Of a DNA stretch of 64,000 bases, positions 11,850 through 23,148 are shown piece after piece (within the stretch, counting starts at the first letter, position 1; each line of letters starts with the position of its first letter). Origin of the DNA: the human T2T-CHM13v2.0 reference genome, Homo sapiens. The position numbers and the translations under genes were made by a program. The notes beneath the pieces are model-generated. The model ran no database searches. It was not told the DNA's origin and saw only the letters and a program-made list of their open reading frames with translations. Location: NCBI RefSeq assembly GCF_009914755.1, contig NC_060931.1; one strand, written 5' to 3'.

Positions 11850-13371
11850 CGTGGAGGACGGGGAGCGGCAGGCGGATGAGGGAAGGACCGTCCATTTGAC
11901 TGGGCCACAGGTGTTTAGATTAAACCTGATCCACGTGTGTCTGTGAGTGTGACTCGGAGGAGTCCAGCATTGGATTCAGTGGGCCAGGAACAGGGCATTC
12001 TTCTCTCCAGGGAGCAGAAACCACAAGATAGACATGGCCCATTGTGCTCGAGGGTCACTTTCATTGGAAGATTTAGAGAAAATGATTTTTATACAATAAC
12101 GATATGGGCTTATAGGGTAAAGTCCACATTCGCATAAAATTTTAACCAAGTAGGGACAGAGCCTGGCAATTCTGGGTTCTGAGACCCCTGGGGATGGCAC
12201 CTGAGTCCCACTCAGGCCACCACCCCTGCCCCCCCCCGGGCACTCGGGGTGAAGCTGTGTCACTGTGGCTGGACACATGTCCTGGAATCAGAGTTGCTCT
12301 TTAACTGTGTCTGGCTTTAAGGCTCGTCTTCTACGCCAGACAAAGTAAACTTCCTGGAACTGTTTTTTGAAATGTGGCTACTGTCCTTTCCTCTTCTAGA
12401 AAAACGAGGATGAGGAGCCAAAACAGAGGAGGGTGTCGCAAGCGGCAGACATTTGAAAGCAGCTTAAGCCCCTGAGCCCCCTTTCTGGGGTTCCTGGGCA
12501 AGAGGTCGCACGCCTGGCCGAGGTGGTGCCCCAGGGGTGACAGCGGTTGCCCTCCTGTATGGCACAACTGAAAATAAAGGCTGGGCCATTTCCCCCTCCA
12601 TCTGCCAAAATCCCATTACTGAGGTTGTCAAAATGCTTCAACCTCTCTTAAAATGCAGTGAGATTGCTTCACGATGAAGGGTATGACCAAGTGGAATTGT
12701 ACACGGTATAGTTAGGAGGTGATGATGACCACAGTGGGGTCTTTAAAACAGTGCACGGCCCGCCTAGGGGACAGAGCCGGCCCTCCCAACACTTCCCCGC
12801 TACAGAGGCGTTCTGTGGCCCCGGGGCTGCTCCCCGCCTGGGCACATGGCGGAGACATGCAAGCCACAGGGGAGGGCTCTGACCTCGGCGTGGCTCCCGC
12901 CAGGGACCTGGCAGCTCTTCCGCTTGTTCTCTCTCTCATTCCTCATGGGGACTGCACTAGGACTTTCCCCTTCTCCCCAACTCCCCACCCAATGCCCCCT
13001 CTTTTGTGGCAGGTGAGCTCACGTCCTGCTCTGAAGAGAAAATGGAGGTGCCACACGTGGTCTCCTGAACTCCCAGCCCTGGACGAGGGGGTCCTGTCTC
13101 ATTCAAGTAAACCCCCTGCAGTTCCCAGCAGCCTTAGGACAGCAGGCTCCTTTACGACTTCACCTCTGCGCTGCCCCCACTGAGAAGCTCCTGCTAACCT
13201 CGTCCAGTTGTCAAATCACTTCTTAGCATGCAAAACCTTGCCCGCATATCAGCTGCTCTGCCAAGCCCACCCTGAGTTCCGAGGAAGGTAATCGAGGTGC
13301 CTTCCTGAAGGTCTGCACCAGGCAGAAAGCCCTGTTACAGCCTAGTTGCATCGTGTGACAACTGCCTGCTC

Positions 13372-13458
13372 ATAATGTGAACTCTGCGGTGACTAGAACC
13401 GTATCTGGCATATGGCAGACATTCAGTACAAAACCCATGGACAGAACAAATAAGTAAG
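13372..13458 (+). mobile_element. LINE-2 3' end relic
   Basis: CTAGAACCGTATCTGGCATATGGCAGACATTCAGTA resembles ctagaacagtgcctggcacatagtaggcgctcaata. Confidence 0.35.
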
Positions 13459-13488
13459 TCCAGAGGTCTCCCTGGGGACAGGGCCTGT

Positions 13489-16400
13489 GTTACTCTTCCT
13501 TCCCACGCGCCCAGCACAGTTACCCTTTCCCGTCCCATGCGCCCAGCACAGTTACCCTTTCCCGTCCCATGCGCCCAGCACAGTTACCCTTTCCCGTCCC
13601 ATGCGCCCAGCACAGTTACTCTTTTCCACCCCATGCGCCCAGCACAGTTACCCTTTCCCGTCCCACGCGCCCAGCACAGTTACCCTTTCCCGTCCCACGC
13701 GCCCAGCACAGTTACCCTTTCCCGTCCCACGCGCCCAGCACAGTTACCCTTTCCCGTCCCAGGCGCCCAGCACAGTTACCCTTTCCCGTCCCAGGCGCCC
13801 AGCACAGTTACCCTTTCCCGTCCCACGCGCCCAGCACAGTTACCCTTTCCCGTCCCACGCGCCCAGCACAGTTACTCTTTTCCACCCCATGCGCCCAGCA
13901 CAGTTACCCTTTTCCGCCCCATGCGCCCAGCACAGTTACCCTTTTCCGCCCCATGCGCCCAGCACAGTTACTCTTTTCCGCCCCATGCGCCCAGCACAGT
14001 TACTCTTTCCCGTCCCATGCGCCCAGCACAGTTACCCTTTCCCGTCCCATGCGCCCAGCACAGTTACCCTTTCCCGTCCCATGCGCCCAGCACAGTTACC
14101 CTTTCCCGTCCCATGGCCCAGCACAGTTACCCTTTTCCGCCCCATGGCCCAGCACAGTTACTCTTTTCCACCCCATGCGCCCAGCACAGTTACCCTTTCC
14201 CGTCCCACGCGCCCAGCACAGTTACTCTTTTCCGCCCCATGCGCCCAGCACAGTTACCCTTTCCCGTCCCATGCGCCCAGCACAGTTACCCTTTTCCGCC
14301 CCATGCGCCCAGCACAGTTACCCTTTCCCGTCCCACGCGCCCAGCACAGTTACCCTTTCCCGTCCCACGCGCCCAGCACAGTTACCCTTTCCCGTCCCAC
14401 GCGCCCAGCACAGTTACCCTTTCCCGTCCCACGCGCCCAGCACAGTTACCCTTTCCCGTCCCACACGCCCAGCACAGTTACCCTTTTCCACCCCACGCGC
14501 CCAGCACAGTTACCCTTTTCCGCCCCATGCGCCCAGCACAGTTACCCTTTTCCGCCCCATGCGCCCAGCACAGTTACCCTTTTCCGTCCCATGCGCCCAG
14601 CACAGTTACCCTTTCCCGTCCCATGCGCCCAGCACAGTTACCCTTTCCCGTCCCATGGCCCAGCACAGTTACCCTTTTCCGCCCCATGGCCCAGCACAGT
14701 TACTCTTTTCCACCCCATGCGCCCAGCACAGTTACCCTTTCCCGTCCCATGCGCCCAGCACAGTTACTCTTTTCCGCCCCATGCGCCCAGCACAGTTACC
14801 CTTTCCCGTCCCATGCGCCCAGCACAGTTACCCTTTTCCGCCCCATGCGCCCAGCACAGTTACCCTTTCCCGTCCCACGAGCCCAGCACAGTTACCCTTT
14901 TCCGCCCCACGCGCCCAGCACAGTTACCCTTTCCCGTCCCACGCGCCCAGCACAGTTACCCTTTCCCGTCCCACGCGCCCAGCACAGTTACCCTTTCCCG
15001 CCCCACGCGCCCAGCACAGTTACCCTTTCCCGTCCCACGCGCCCAGCACAGTTACCCTTTCCCGTCCCACGCGCCCAGCACAGTTACCCTTTCCCGCCCC
15101 ACGCGCCCAGCACAGTTACCCTTTCCCGCCCCACGCGCCCAGCACAGTTACCCTTTCCCGTCCCACGCGCCCAGCACAGTTACCCTTTCCCGTCCCACGC
15201 GCCCAGCACAGTTACCCTTTCCCGTCCCACGCGCCCAGCACAGTTACCCTTTCCCGTCCCACGCGCCCAGCACAGTTACCCTTTCCCGTCCCACGCGCCC
15301 AGCACAGTTACCCTTTCCCGTCCCACGCGCCCAGCACAGTTACCCTTTCCCGTCCCACGCGCCCAGCACAGTTACTCTTTTCCGTCCCACGCGCCCAGCA
15401 CAGTTACTCTTCCGTCCCACGCGCCCAGCACAGTTACCCTTTCCCGTCCCACGCGCCCAGCACAGTTACTCTTTTCCGTCCCATGCGCCCAGCACAGTTA
15501 CTCTTTCCCGTCCCATGCGCCCAGCACAGTTACCCTTTCCCGTCCCATGCGCCCAGCACAGTTACCCTTTCCCGTCCCATGCGCCCAGCACAGTTACCCT
15601 TTCCCGTCCCAGGCGCCCAGCACAGTTACCCTTTCCCGTCCCACGCGCCCAGCACAGTTACCCTTTTCCGTCCCACGCGCCCAGCACAGTTACTCTTCCG
15701 TCCCATGCGCCCAGCACAGTTACTCTTTCCCGTCCCAGGCGCCCAGCACAGTTACTCTTTCCCGTCCCAGGCGCCCAGCACAGTTACCCTTTCCCGTCCC
15801 ATGCGCCCAGCACAGTTACCCTTTCCCGTCCCACGCGCCCAGCACAGTTACTCTTTTCCGTCCCACGCGCCCAGCACAGTTACTCTTCCGTCCCATGCGC
15901 CCAGCACAGTTACCCTTTCCCGTCCCACGCGCCCAGCACAGTTACTCTTTTCCGTCCCATGCGCCCAGCACAGTTACTCTTTTCCGTCCCATGCGCCCAG
16001 CACAGTTACCCTTCCACCCCATGCGCCCAGCACAGTTACTCTTTTCCGTCCCATGCGCCCAGCACAGTTACTCTTTTCCGCCCCATGCGCCCAGCACAGT
16101 TACTCTTTTCCGTCCCATGCGCCCAGCACAGTTACTCTTTGCCGTCCCATGCGCCCAGCACAGTTACTCTTTGCCGTCCCATGCGCCCAGCACAGTTACC
16201 CTTTCCCGTCCCATGCGCCCAGCACAGTTACCCTTTCCCGTCCCATGCGCCCAGCACAGTTACCCTTTCCCGTCCCATGCGCCCAGCACAGTTACCCTTT
16301 CCCGTCCCATGCGCCCAGCACAGTTACCCTTTCCCGTCCCATGCGCCCAGCACAGTTACCCTTTCCCGTCCCAGGCGCCCAGCACAGTTACCCTTTCCCG

Positions 16401-16978
16401 TCCCACGCGCCCAGCACAGTTACTCTTTTCCGTCCCACGCGCCCAGCACAGTTACTCTTCCGTCCCATGCGCCCAGCACAGTTACTCTTTTCCGTCCCAT
16501 GCGCCCAGCACAGTTACCCTTTTCCGTCCCAGGCGCCCAGCACAGTTACCCTTTCCCGTCCCATGCGCCCAGCACAGTTACCCTTTCCCGTCCCATGCGC
16601 CCAGCACAGTTACCCTTTTCCGTCCCATGCGCCCAGCACAGTTACCCTTTCCCGTCCCATGCGCCCAGCACAGTTACCCTTTTCCGTCCCATGCACCCAG
16701 CACAGTTACCCTTTCCCGTCCCATGCGCCCAGCACAGTTACCCTTTCCCGTCCCAGGCGCCCAGCACAGTTACTCTTTTCCACCCCATGCACCCAGCACA
16801 GTTACTCTTTTCCGTCCCATGCGCCCAGCACAGTTACTCTTCCACCCCATGCTCCCAGCACACTCTTCCGTCCCATGTGCCCAGTGCAGTCTTCCGTCCC
16901 ATGCGCCCAGTGCAGTTACTCTTCCGTCCCATGCACCCAGCGCAGTTACTCTTTTCCATTCCATGCACCCAGCACAGT
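13489..16978. repeat. 32-bp GC-rich VNTR, ~110 copies (3.5 kb)
   Basis: Unit CCCAGCACAGTTACCCTTTCCCGTCCCA(T/C)GCG with 30- and 31-bp variants; degenerates at the right edge. Confidence 0.99.
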
Positions 16979-17749
16979 CATAGGCTTCCAGGGTAGGTAC
17001 TGTCAATGTTTGTTCCAGGAAAACCCAATTCAGCTTTTCAAACAAGATTTATACACACCTTCAGGAGCAAGCATGCTTGAATATAATGAGTCTACCTTTA
17101 AGGTAAATTTCAGCTCTTTGGGTTTGTAATGGATGGAAAAAGGCAGGCAAAGAAACAATTTCAACATCTTCCAGCCCCAGAGATGTACAAATATTTTAGC
17201 AACATCCCAGTGACTAAATGGTGATTCAGCCGAGACGCCCCAAATAAACAGTCTCTATTCTTAACTCTGCTCCCATCTTACTGAAGCGTTACAAGGCTGT
17301 ACTTACATCTGGGGTCAAGCCATTCTCATTTGGCTTCGAAATGATAACACAAAACTGTTACAATAACCTGGAACTGTAAGGGTCCTGGGGATCCCACATT
17401 CAGTCCCACCCGTGTCATGGATGAACCCGGGACCAGCAGGGCAGCCAGCCAGAGGCAAACCCACACCAGGACCTGGCGCTCGGCCATGTGCCTGCGTTTT
17501 CCAATATTGATGTCGACGTGGGAGGCAAGTTGCTATGGAGGAAACGCGCACACACATCTGAGATTATTAAATAGCAGCCGCTAACTGCCTCGATGCAGGA
17601 GTCCCATCTCCCCAAACAAATTCTGGCTGTGATGCCAACTGCAGCAGGACGGTTAGTGGTGCCGCTGGCACCGAGAGCACCTGGCCTGGTGGACCTGTCT
17701 CCCAGACCTGCTGGGGAGCGCCGTGTGCTCAGCTGAACACGGCTCCTGT

Positions 17750-17960
17750 GGCCACAGTCCTGTGTTGCTCCCGTGGTTCGGCCGGCGAAGCTCCGTGTTC
17801 ATGTGCACAGCCACATTGGCCATTTTGACCCAACAGACACTCAAGCAACTCTTGCGTGAATTTGGTGGGAAGATCCATCGAATGTATTGTTTTTGGACTA
17901 ACCTGATGAGTCCCTTTGGTAAAGCAGTCCCACTGACTATGCCTGTGGACCCAGCTGGGT
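17750..17960 (+). mobile_element. Possible very old CR1/L3 reverse-transcriptase relic
   Basis: Translation VLLPWFGRR...ILTQQTLKQLLREF...CFWTNLMSPFGK...VD is weakly colinear with CR1 ORF2 VVPIFKKG...ILEQIIKQ..CEH...SCQTNLISFFDR...VD. Confidence 0.25.
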
Positions 17961-18899
17961 GCAGCCATCTCTGACTGTATGGTGTCCATCCTGAGCTCCA
18001 AGTCATCAGAGAGCGGCCAGGAGTGCATCTGACTTTGCTGGTGACCTGCATCTTATCTGCGTCCACACTCAACTGTGTGCAGCGGCCCAGGAAGGTGGAG
18101 GGCTGCTGAGCTGCTTTAGAAAATGAGGGTTTGAAGCTGCCCTTTGGAAATGATTAGGTTGTTCAAAAGTAATTGAGCTTTCTCAAAAGGCAGCTGGGGC
18201 TAAAATAAATGGAAGTCTACTTAACATATTGTTAAAAATATGAAGGGGTTGAATGGCATCAAAACACATTAAATGACAGAACATGACTCGCCTCCTTGGC
18301 TGGATTCTAAACTCCTCGGGGCAGGCGCTTTCTTTAGTGACACTCTCAGTGTTGTTTGTGGGAGACGCTCCGCAAATGTGGGGAGCAGGTGGGCGCCTTT
18401 GGTCCCCGTCCTCCTGGCAGGCAGTGGCTGAGTACCTTCTCGGGAAAGGAGGCCCCCGTGAGGCTGGGTGGGCTCTGAATTCCCGGTGTGTTGATAGCGA
18501 TCGGCACATGCCTCAAGCCACCTGGAAGAGAAGCTGCCCCAAGATTCTCCAGGCCCTTTCTGAGCTGAAGGTGACGTGACAGACAGGCTTCAAAGAAGGG
18601 TCAGAGACGGCCGGTGGGTGGGCCCCGTTCCCAAACACCCACCTTGGATCTCATGCCCTGGAGCAGAGCATGTGTCCTGGTCCTGCCTGGGCGAGGCCGG
18701 CACCCGCTGCCCTAGCTTCACCACTGGTAGCCCCAAGCATCTCTGGCTGGGGATACATCACCCGATCACACCAGCCCGAGAACCTTCCCTTTCCCACCAC
18801 CATTCAAAGGAGGCTGCTCTTAGCCAGAAGGCCTCTGTGTTCCAGGCTTAAATCTGGGCGAGATTCAGGGTTTAACTCTGGCCTTGCAGTTTTAGAGGT

Positions 18900-19280
18900 T
18901 GTTATAGGCTGAATTGTGACCCCCCAAATCCATCCATTGAAGCTCTGATCCCCATGTGCCTATATTTGGAGACAGGACCTCCAAGGAGCTAATTAAGGTT
19001 CAATGAGGCCAAAAGGGCGGCCCCGATCCTACAGGACTGGTGTCCTTACAAGAAGAGTGAGAGACACCCCGTGCCTGCACCAGGGAAAGGCCGTGTGAGG
19101 ACATGGGGAGAAGATGCTGTCCACAAGCCCGGGAGAGAGGTCACAGGAAGAACCGCCCCCACCCCCGCCGCCCCCCACAGCTTGGTCTGGGACTGTCAGA
19201 GCTGTGAGAACAGACGTGTCCTGCAGTTTAATGCACCCAGTCTGTGGTCCTGGGCACGGCCACCCGTGATGACTTACACA
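18900..19280 (+). mobile_element. MLT1A-like MaLR solo LTR
   Basis: TGTTATAGGCTGAATTGTG...TAATTAAGGTT.AATGAGG...AGGACTGGTGTCCTTA.AAGAAGAG...GGAAAGGCC.TGTGAGGAC...CCCAGTCTGTGGT...ACA; TG...CA ends. Confidence 0.85.
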
Positions 19281-21291
19281 CAGATGCACGCAGACGGCTT
19301 GGGGAGCATGGCCAGTGCTTGTCTTAGTGTGGGAGGCTTGGTGTCCGCCCCTGGCCACGGAGTCTCGTGTCTCCTGCTCTTTCGTGGACGGCGCTCACCT
19401 ACATCTTACATGCAGGTCCCTCCATGTTGAGTGAAAAAATCAGAGGAGGTACAATCCCACCAGTGCCCGGCTGGACACATATTGGTTTTGGAGCCAAGGG
19501 GTAACAGTTTCCCTCTACAAATGAAAAGCTCCTCTCCGTCCTGGTGGGATGGGGATGACATTTTTAAAGGGTAGAGTAAATGTGCTCCTGCTTCAGGTGC
19601 CCTTTGCAGAGGCTTCCCGAGTCTCCCGGGGGCAATGCATCTTCTCAGTAAGAAGAAACCCCAGCAAGAAATCACACCAGGCGTCTTGGATAAACAGAAG
19701 TGAACTACGTCCTGGTTGCAGCTGTATTTATTTCACACATTCATTTAAAAAGTTAATTTGACATGTATTTCATGAAGCTTCGGTACACACGCCACGTTGC
19801 TCCCCGATTTTATCTTCATGCGTCTTCCTTCACCAGACGGCCTGGCGAGCTCACTCTCCTGTCTGAGGGCTGAGAAGCCCAAGCTCGCCCCAGACTGGGG
19901 CCTGTGTGGACGCGGCCCCCAGCAGTGTTCCTGTGTCCGTGGTTTGGAGGCTCTGTTCGCTGAGCCTCAGCACGACCTCAACCTGATCTGGGAGTCTGAG
20001 TGCGCTGGGCTTGGAGGGCACGTGTGCTGTGAGTGAGCCCTACATGCAGGAGCATGGTGCTCTCTGGCCGGGCAGCCTCACCTCCAGTGGAAGCTAAGCG
20101 TTGTGCCCGGGCAGGGGGCGCAGGCAGGAGGGCTGAGCTTCCCTGGTTATCCCCTGAGGCGAGGACGCAGCAGCAAGTTCCCATCCCCTGGCCTGGCTTC
20201 TCTGGGCCCAGGCGCTCCCATTCGTACTCACGGTCCTGAGTTGAGCTCCAGAGTGTTCCCCTACAGGGAGGGGTTTGCTTTCCCCAGAATGGGGCCTGGG
20301 CGTGGCAGCCCCTCCACAGAGGAAGGGCCCTGGTCCTCGGGAGCATTTACAGCATCGTGGGTGCCGGCTGGGGCGCCAGCCACCAAGGCCACAAGGCCGG
20401 CTTAGAAGGTCTGGAAGAGCCTGACTAGGAATTAGGATGCTGTGCGTTAATCTGCAAATACCACCCCCGATGCGGGGAGGACCTGGTGTCTGGGCGGGGG
20501 AGGAGGCTCCGAGGGGCTCTTGCTGCCTTGGCCAGACCTGCAGCAGCAGGGACAGAGGCTCCCGGGAATGCCTGGGTCAGAAGAGAGGGCTCTGCCACTC
20601 ACCCCTCCTCTCTTCTCATCCATCTCCTGGTGCCCCAAAGGGCCTCACTGTTCCTGTGGAGAGCTGTTATTTTGAAATTATATCTTGTCATGAAAGTTTC
20701 ACTTTTAAACACTATTAAGGCCTCTCGGTATTATACTTCTTTTGAAACATCTATTAGAATAAGGATCTCACAGGCAGCTGAGAATCAACAGGAATGTGGC
20801 CGTACACAATAAGCTCCACGTGACCCAGGGGGACGTATCTGTGTGCTCTGGGAAGGCTGACATTTCAACATTCCTGGCGTCTGAATTCGACATCTCTCCC
20901 ACCACCGGGAAGGAGGCGCCCCAGAGGGGAGGGAGGTGCTGGGGAGCGGGATTGAGAGCCTGATACTGGCGTGAAGTTCATCAGCAGAGGAGCGAAGGGA
21001 GGAGGGCAGGGTCAAGACCAGGGACTCATGGAAGCATTTGGCATCCTGTGAAGTTTCTCAGCCTCTGGAGGCTCCTCTCTGATGGGAGCCTTATCCGAGA
21101 GGTGGGTGGGAGGGACGCAGGCTGCCGGTGCTGGTCCCGGGTTGTTTGTGGTGCAGCCAGCGGCTGGTCACTCACATGCAGACTGAGCTGACGCTTAGGA
21201 CAAAATCCATGTTTTTTCATTTTGAATAAAATCACTCGATATTTGACATTTTAGGCATTGAAGTCGTCATCACGGCTCATCACAGGAGAAA

Positions 21292-21408
21292 TCAGAGCTC
21301 TGTGCTGTTGTTTCTGGATACGTGCTTGTTTTAGGGTTTTGTATGTATTATTTCAGAGCTCCGTGCTGTTTCTGGACACGTGTTTTAGGGTTTTGTATGT
21401 ATTATTTC
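21292..21408. repeat. 2-copy tandem duplication (61 bp; second copy has small deletions)
   Basis: TCAGAGCTC.GTGCTG...TGTTTTAGGGTTTTGTATGTATTATTTC at 21292 and 21353. Confidence 0.9.
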
Positions 21409-22962
21409 TAGTTCCATGAAGGGGTAGGGGCATCATGTCCTTAGGATGCTCACAGGTCAAATTAGGGCTGTCCCACCAGCCACCCACACATCCCCAGCGA
21501 CTTTGGTTTGGAGGAAGATGGAAAAGAGTCAGGAGAGAGGGGTGCAGCCCAGGAGACAGAGCACCTGGAAGGATTTGATTTTAAGATTTAACTTCGCATT
21601 AGGGGTTTTCTTCATAGGCTCCTGCAATTCAGATAGTATCTTTATTCCAAGGAGCTTTGAGTGGTTTCTGCATCAGTTTTCATTTCTTGTTCCCAAATCT
21701 CTGTGACATAGGGAGACAGGCCTTTCTCTAAAACCCACTGCAGACATGAAGAGCCACAGCCGGGGGGGACTCACCCAAGGTCACACGGTTAATCCTCCAT
21801 GTTCCGGAGATTAAAGCAAACTCCATGGCTCTCAGTCTCGTCTGAAACTTCATGCCTCTGAATTGCCCCTGAATTACCCACATAACAGCAGCTGGACACA
21901 AATATAAGCAGCAGCAGATGTGATGTTGGCTGGGACAGCCGAGGGAAACTGGTAAAATGCCTCTTCTTCCTGACTACTCTCTCACCCCGGCATCTGCCTC
22001 CAGAGTCTCGCAGCCTTTGGAGATGGGTTTGCGGCCCAGGGGCACCTTCGTTGTAGCTTATTCGTCTATGAGGGGAGGAAAAGATGGTCTCCTGTAAAAA
22101 ATGTTAAAGTGCCAGCAAGAAATTGAGGGTAGTATCTTGGAGTGTTGTGAGAAGAGCCGTCCTGAGTTCTGACGGTCACCATACAGGCAGAGTGACACCT
22201 GTGCCTTCAGCTGCCCCGAGGTCAACTCAATGCCAACTGCCATCTGGGACTCTTGGAGAGCTCTTTCTCCCCAGGTGTGACCAGACAAGGTTGTTATGGA
22301 ATCAAATACCAAATTATGGCAGATGCTAATTTCAGTCATCTTGCACACAGATCAGCCCTGGGGTCACCATACTGTGTTTTTGGGACACTCCAAGATGGAT
22401 GTGCTTTGGTTCTGACGGCAGAGAACAGGACACCTCCCAAGGTGACCGCAAGGAGGCCTGAGCTCCTGGGCCGCTCATTCCACCCCCTCTGCGTGCTCAC
22501 GCATGGCTCCCCAGCAAGACAGAGCAGCTTTCCTCTGACCTCTTCCTCTTCCAGAAGCCAGAGCCAGCCAGGGTTCAGGGAGAGCGGAATCACTGGGACT
22601 GTATGGAGTTTCCACTTTTAGCACAGCTGGATCTTTTCATTAATTTTTTTATATCTACATGGGTTTAACTGTACATTATATTGTGCTTTTTTATTGCTGA
22701 TTCGGCCAGCAGGACCCCTTCCTCCATATGCCTTTTATCACTTTATTTAACCGTGTTGTACACATACACCCACTTTGCTTTGTATATGGTGAGCTACCTT
22801 AATGCCATTGCCCAGATGCAGATTTGTTATTATGTATACATTGTTAAATTTAACACTTTCCTTGGTGGATCAGGTTCCTGTAGGGCACAGAACACTAACC
22901 TATCAATGACCCAGACTCAGAAAAGCCACCAGAGAACCAGCAAGGTCAAATTGCTTCGGCTT

Positions 22963-23148
22963 CAGCTCCGGAACATCGTCTCCCTCCGTCCACGGCAACG
23001 CGGGAGCCTGACCAGCTCCGGAACATCGTCTCCCTCCATCCACGGCAAGGCAGGGGGAGCCTCACCAGCTCCGGAACCCCGTCTCCCTCCGTCCACGGCA
23101 ACGCGGGAGCCTGACCAGCTCCGGAACCCTGTCTCCCTCTGTCCACGG
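22963..23148. repeat. 50/53-bp minisatellite, ~3.7 copies
   Basis: CAGCTCCGGAAC at 22963, 23013, 23066, 23116. Confidence 0.93.

Noticed and set aside
13487-17129. Three ORFs of 1148-1186 aa as a mucin-like protein gene
   Set aside because: They lie almost entirely inside a 32-bp VNTR whose unit lacks stops; unit length is not a multiple of 3, frameshifting 31-bp variants are tolerated, and there is no unique domain or signal peptide
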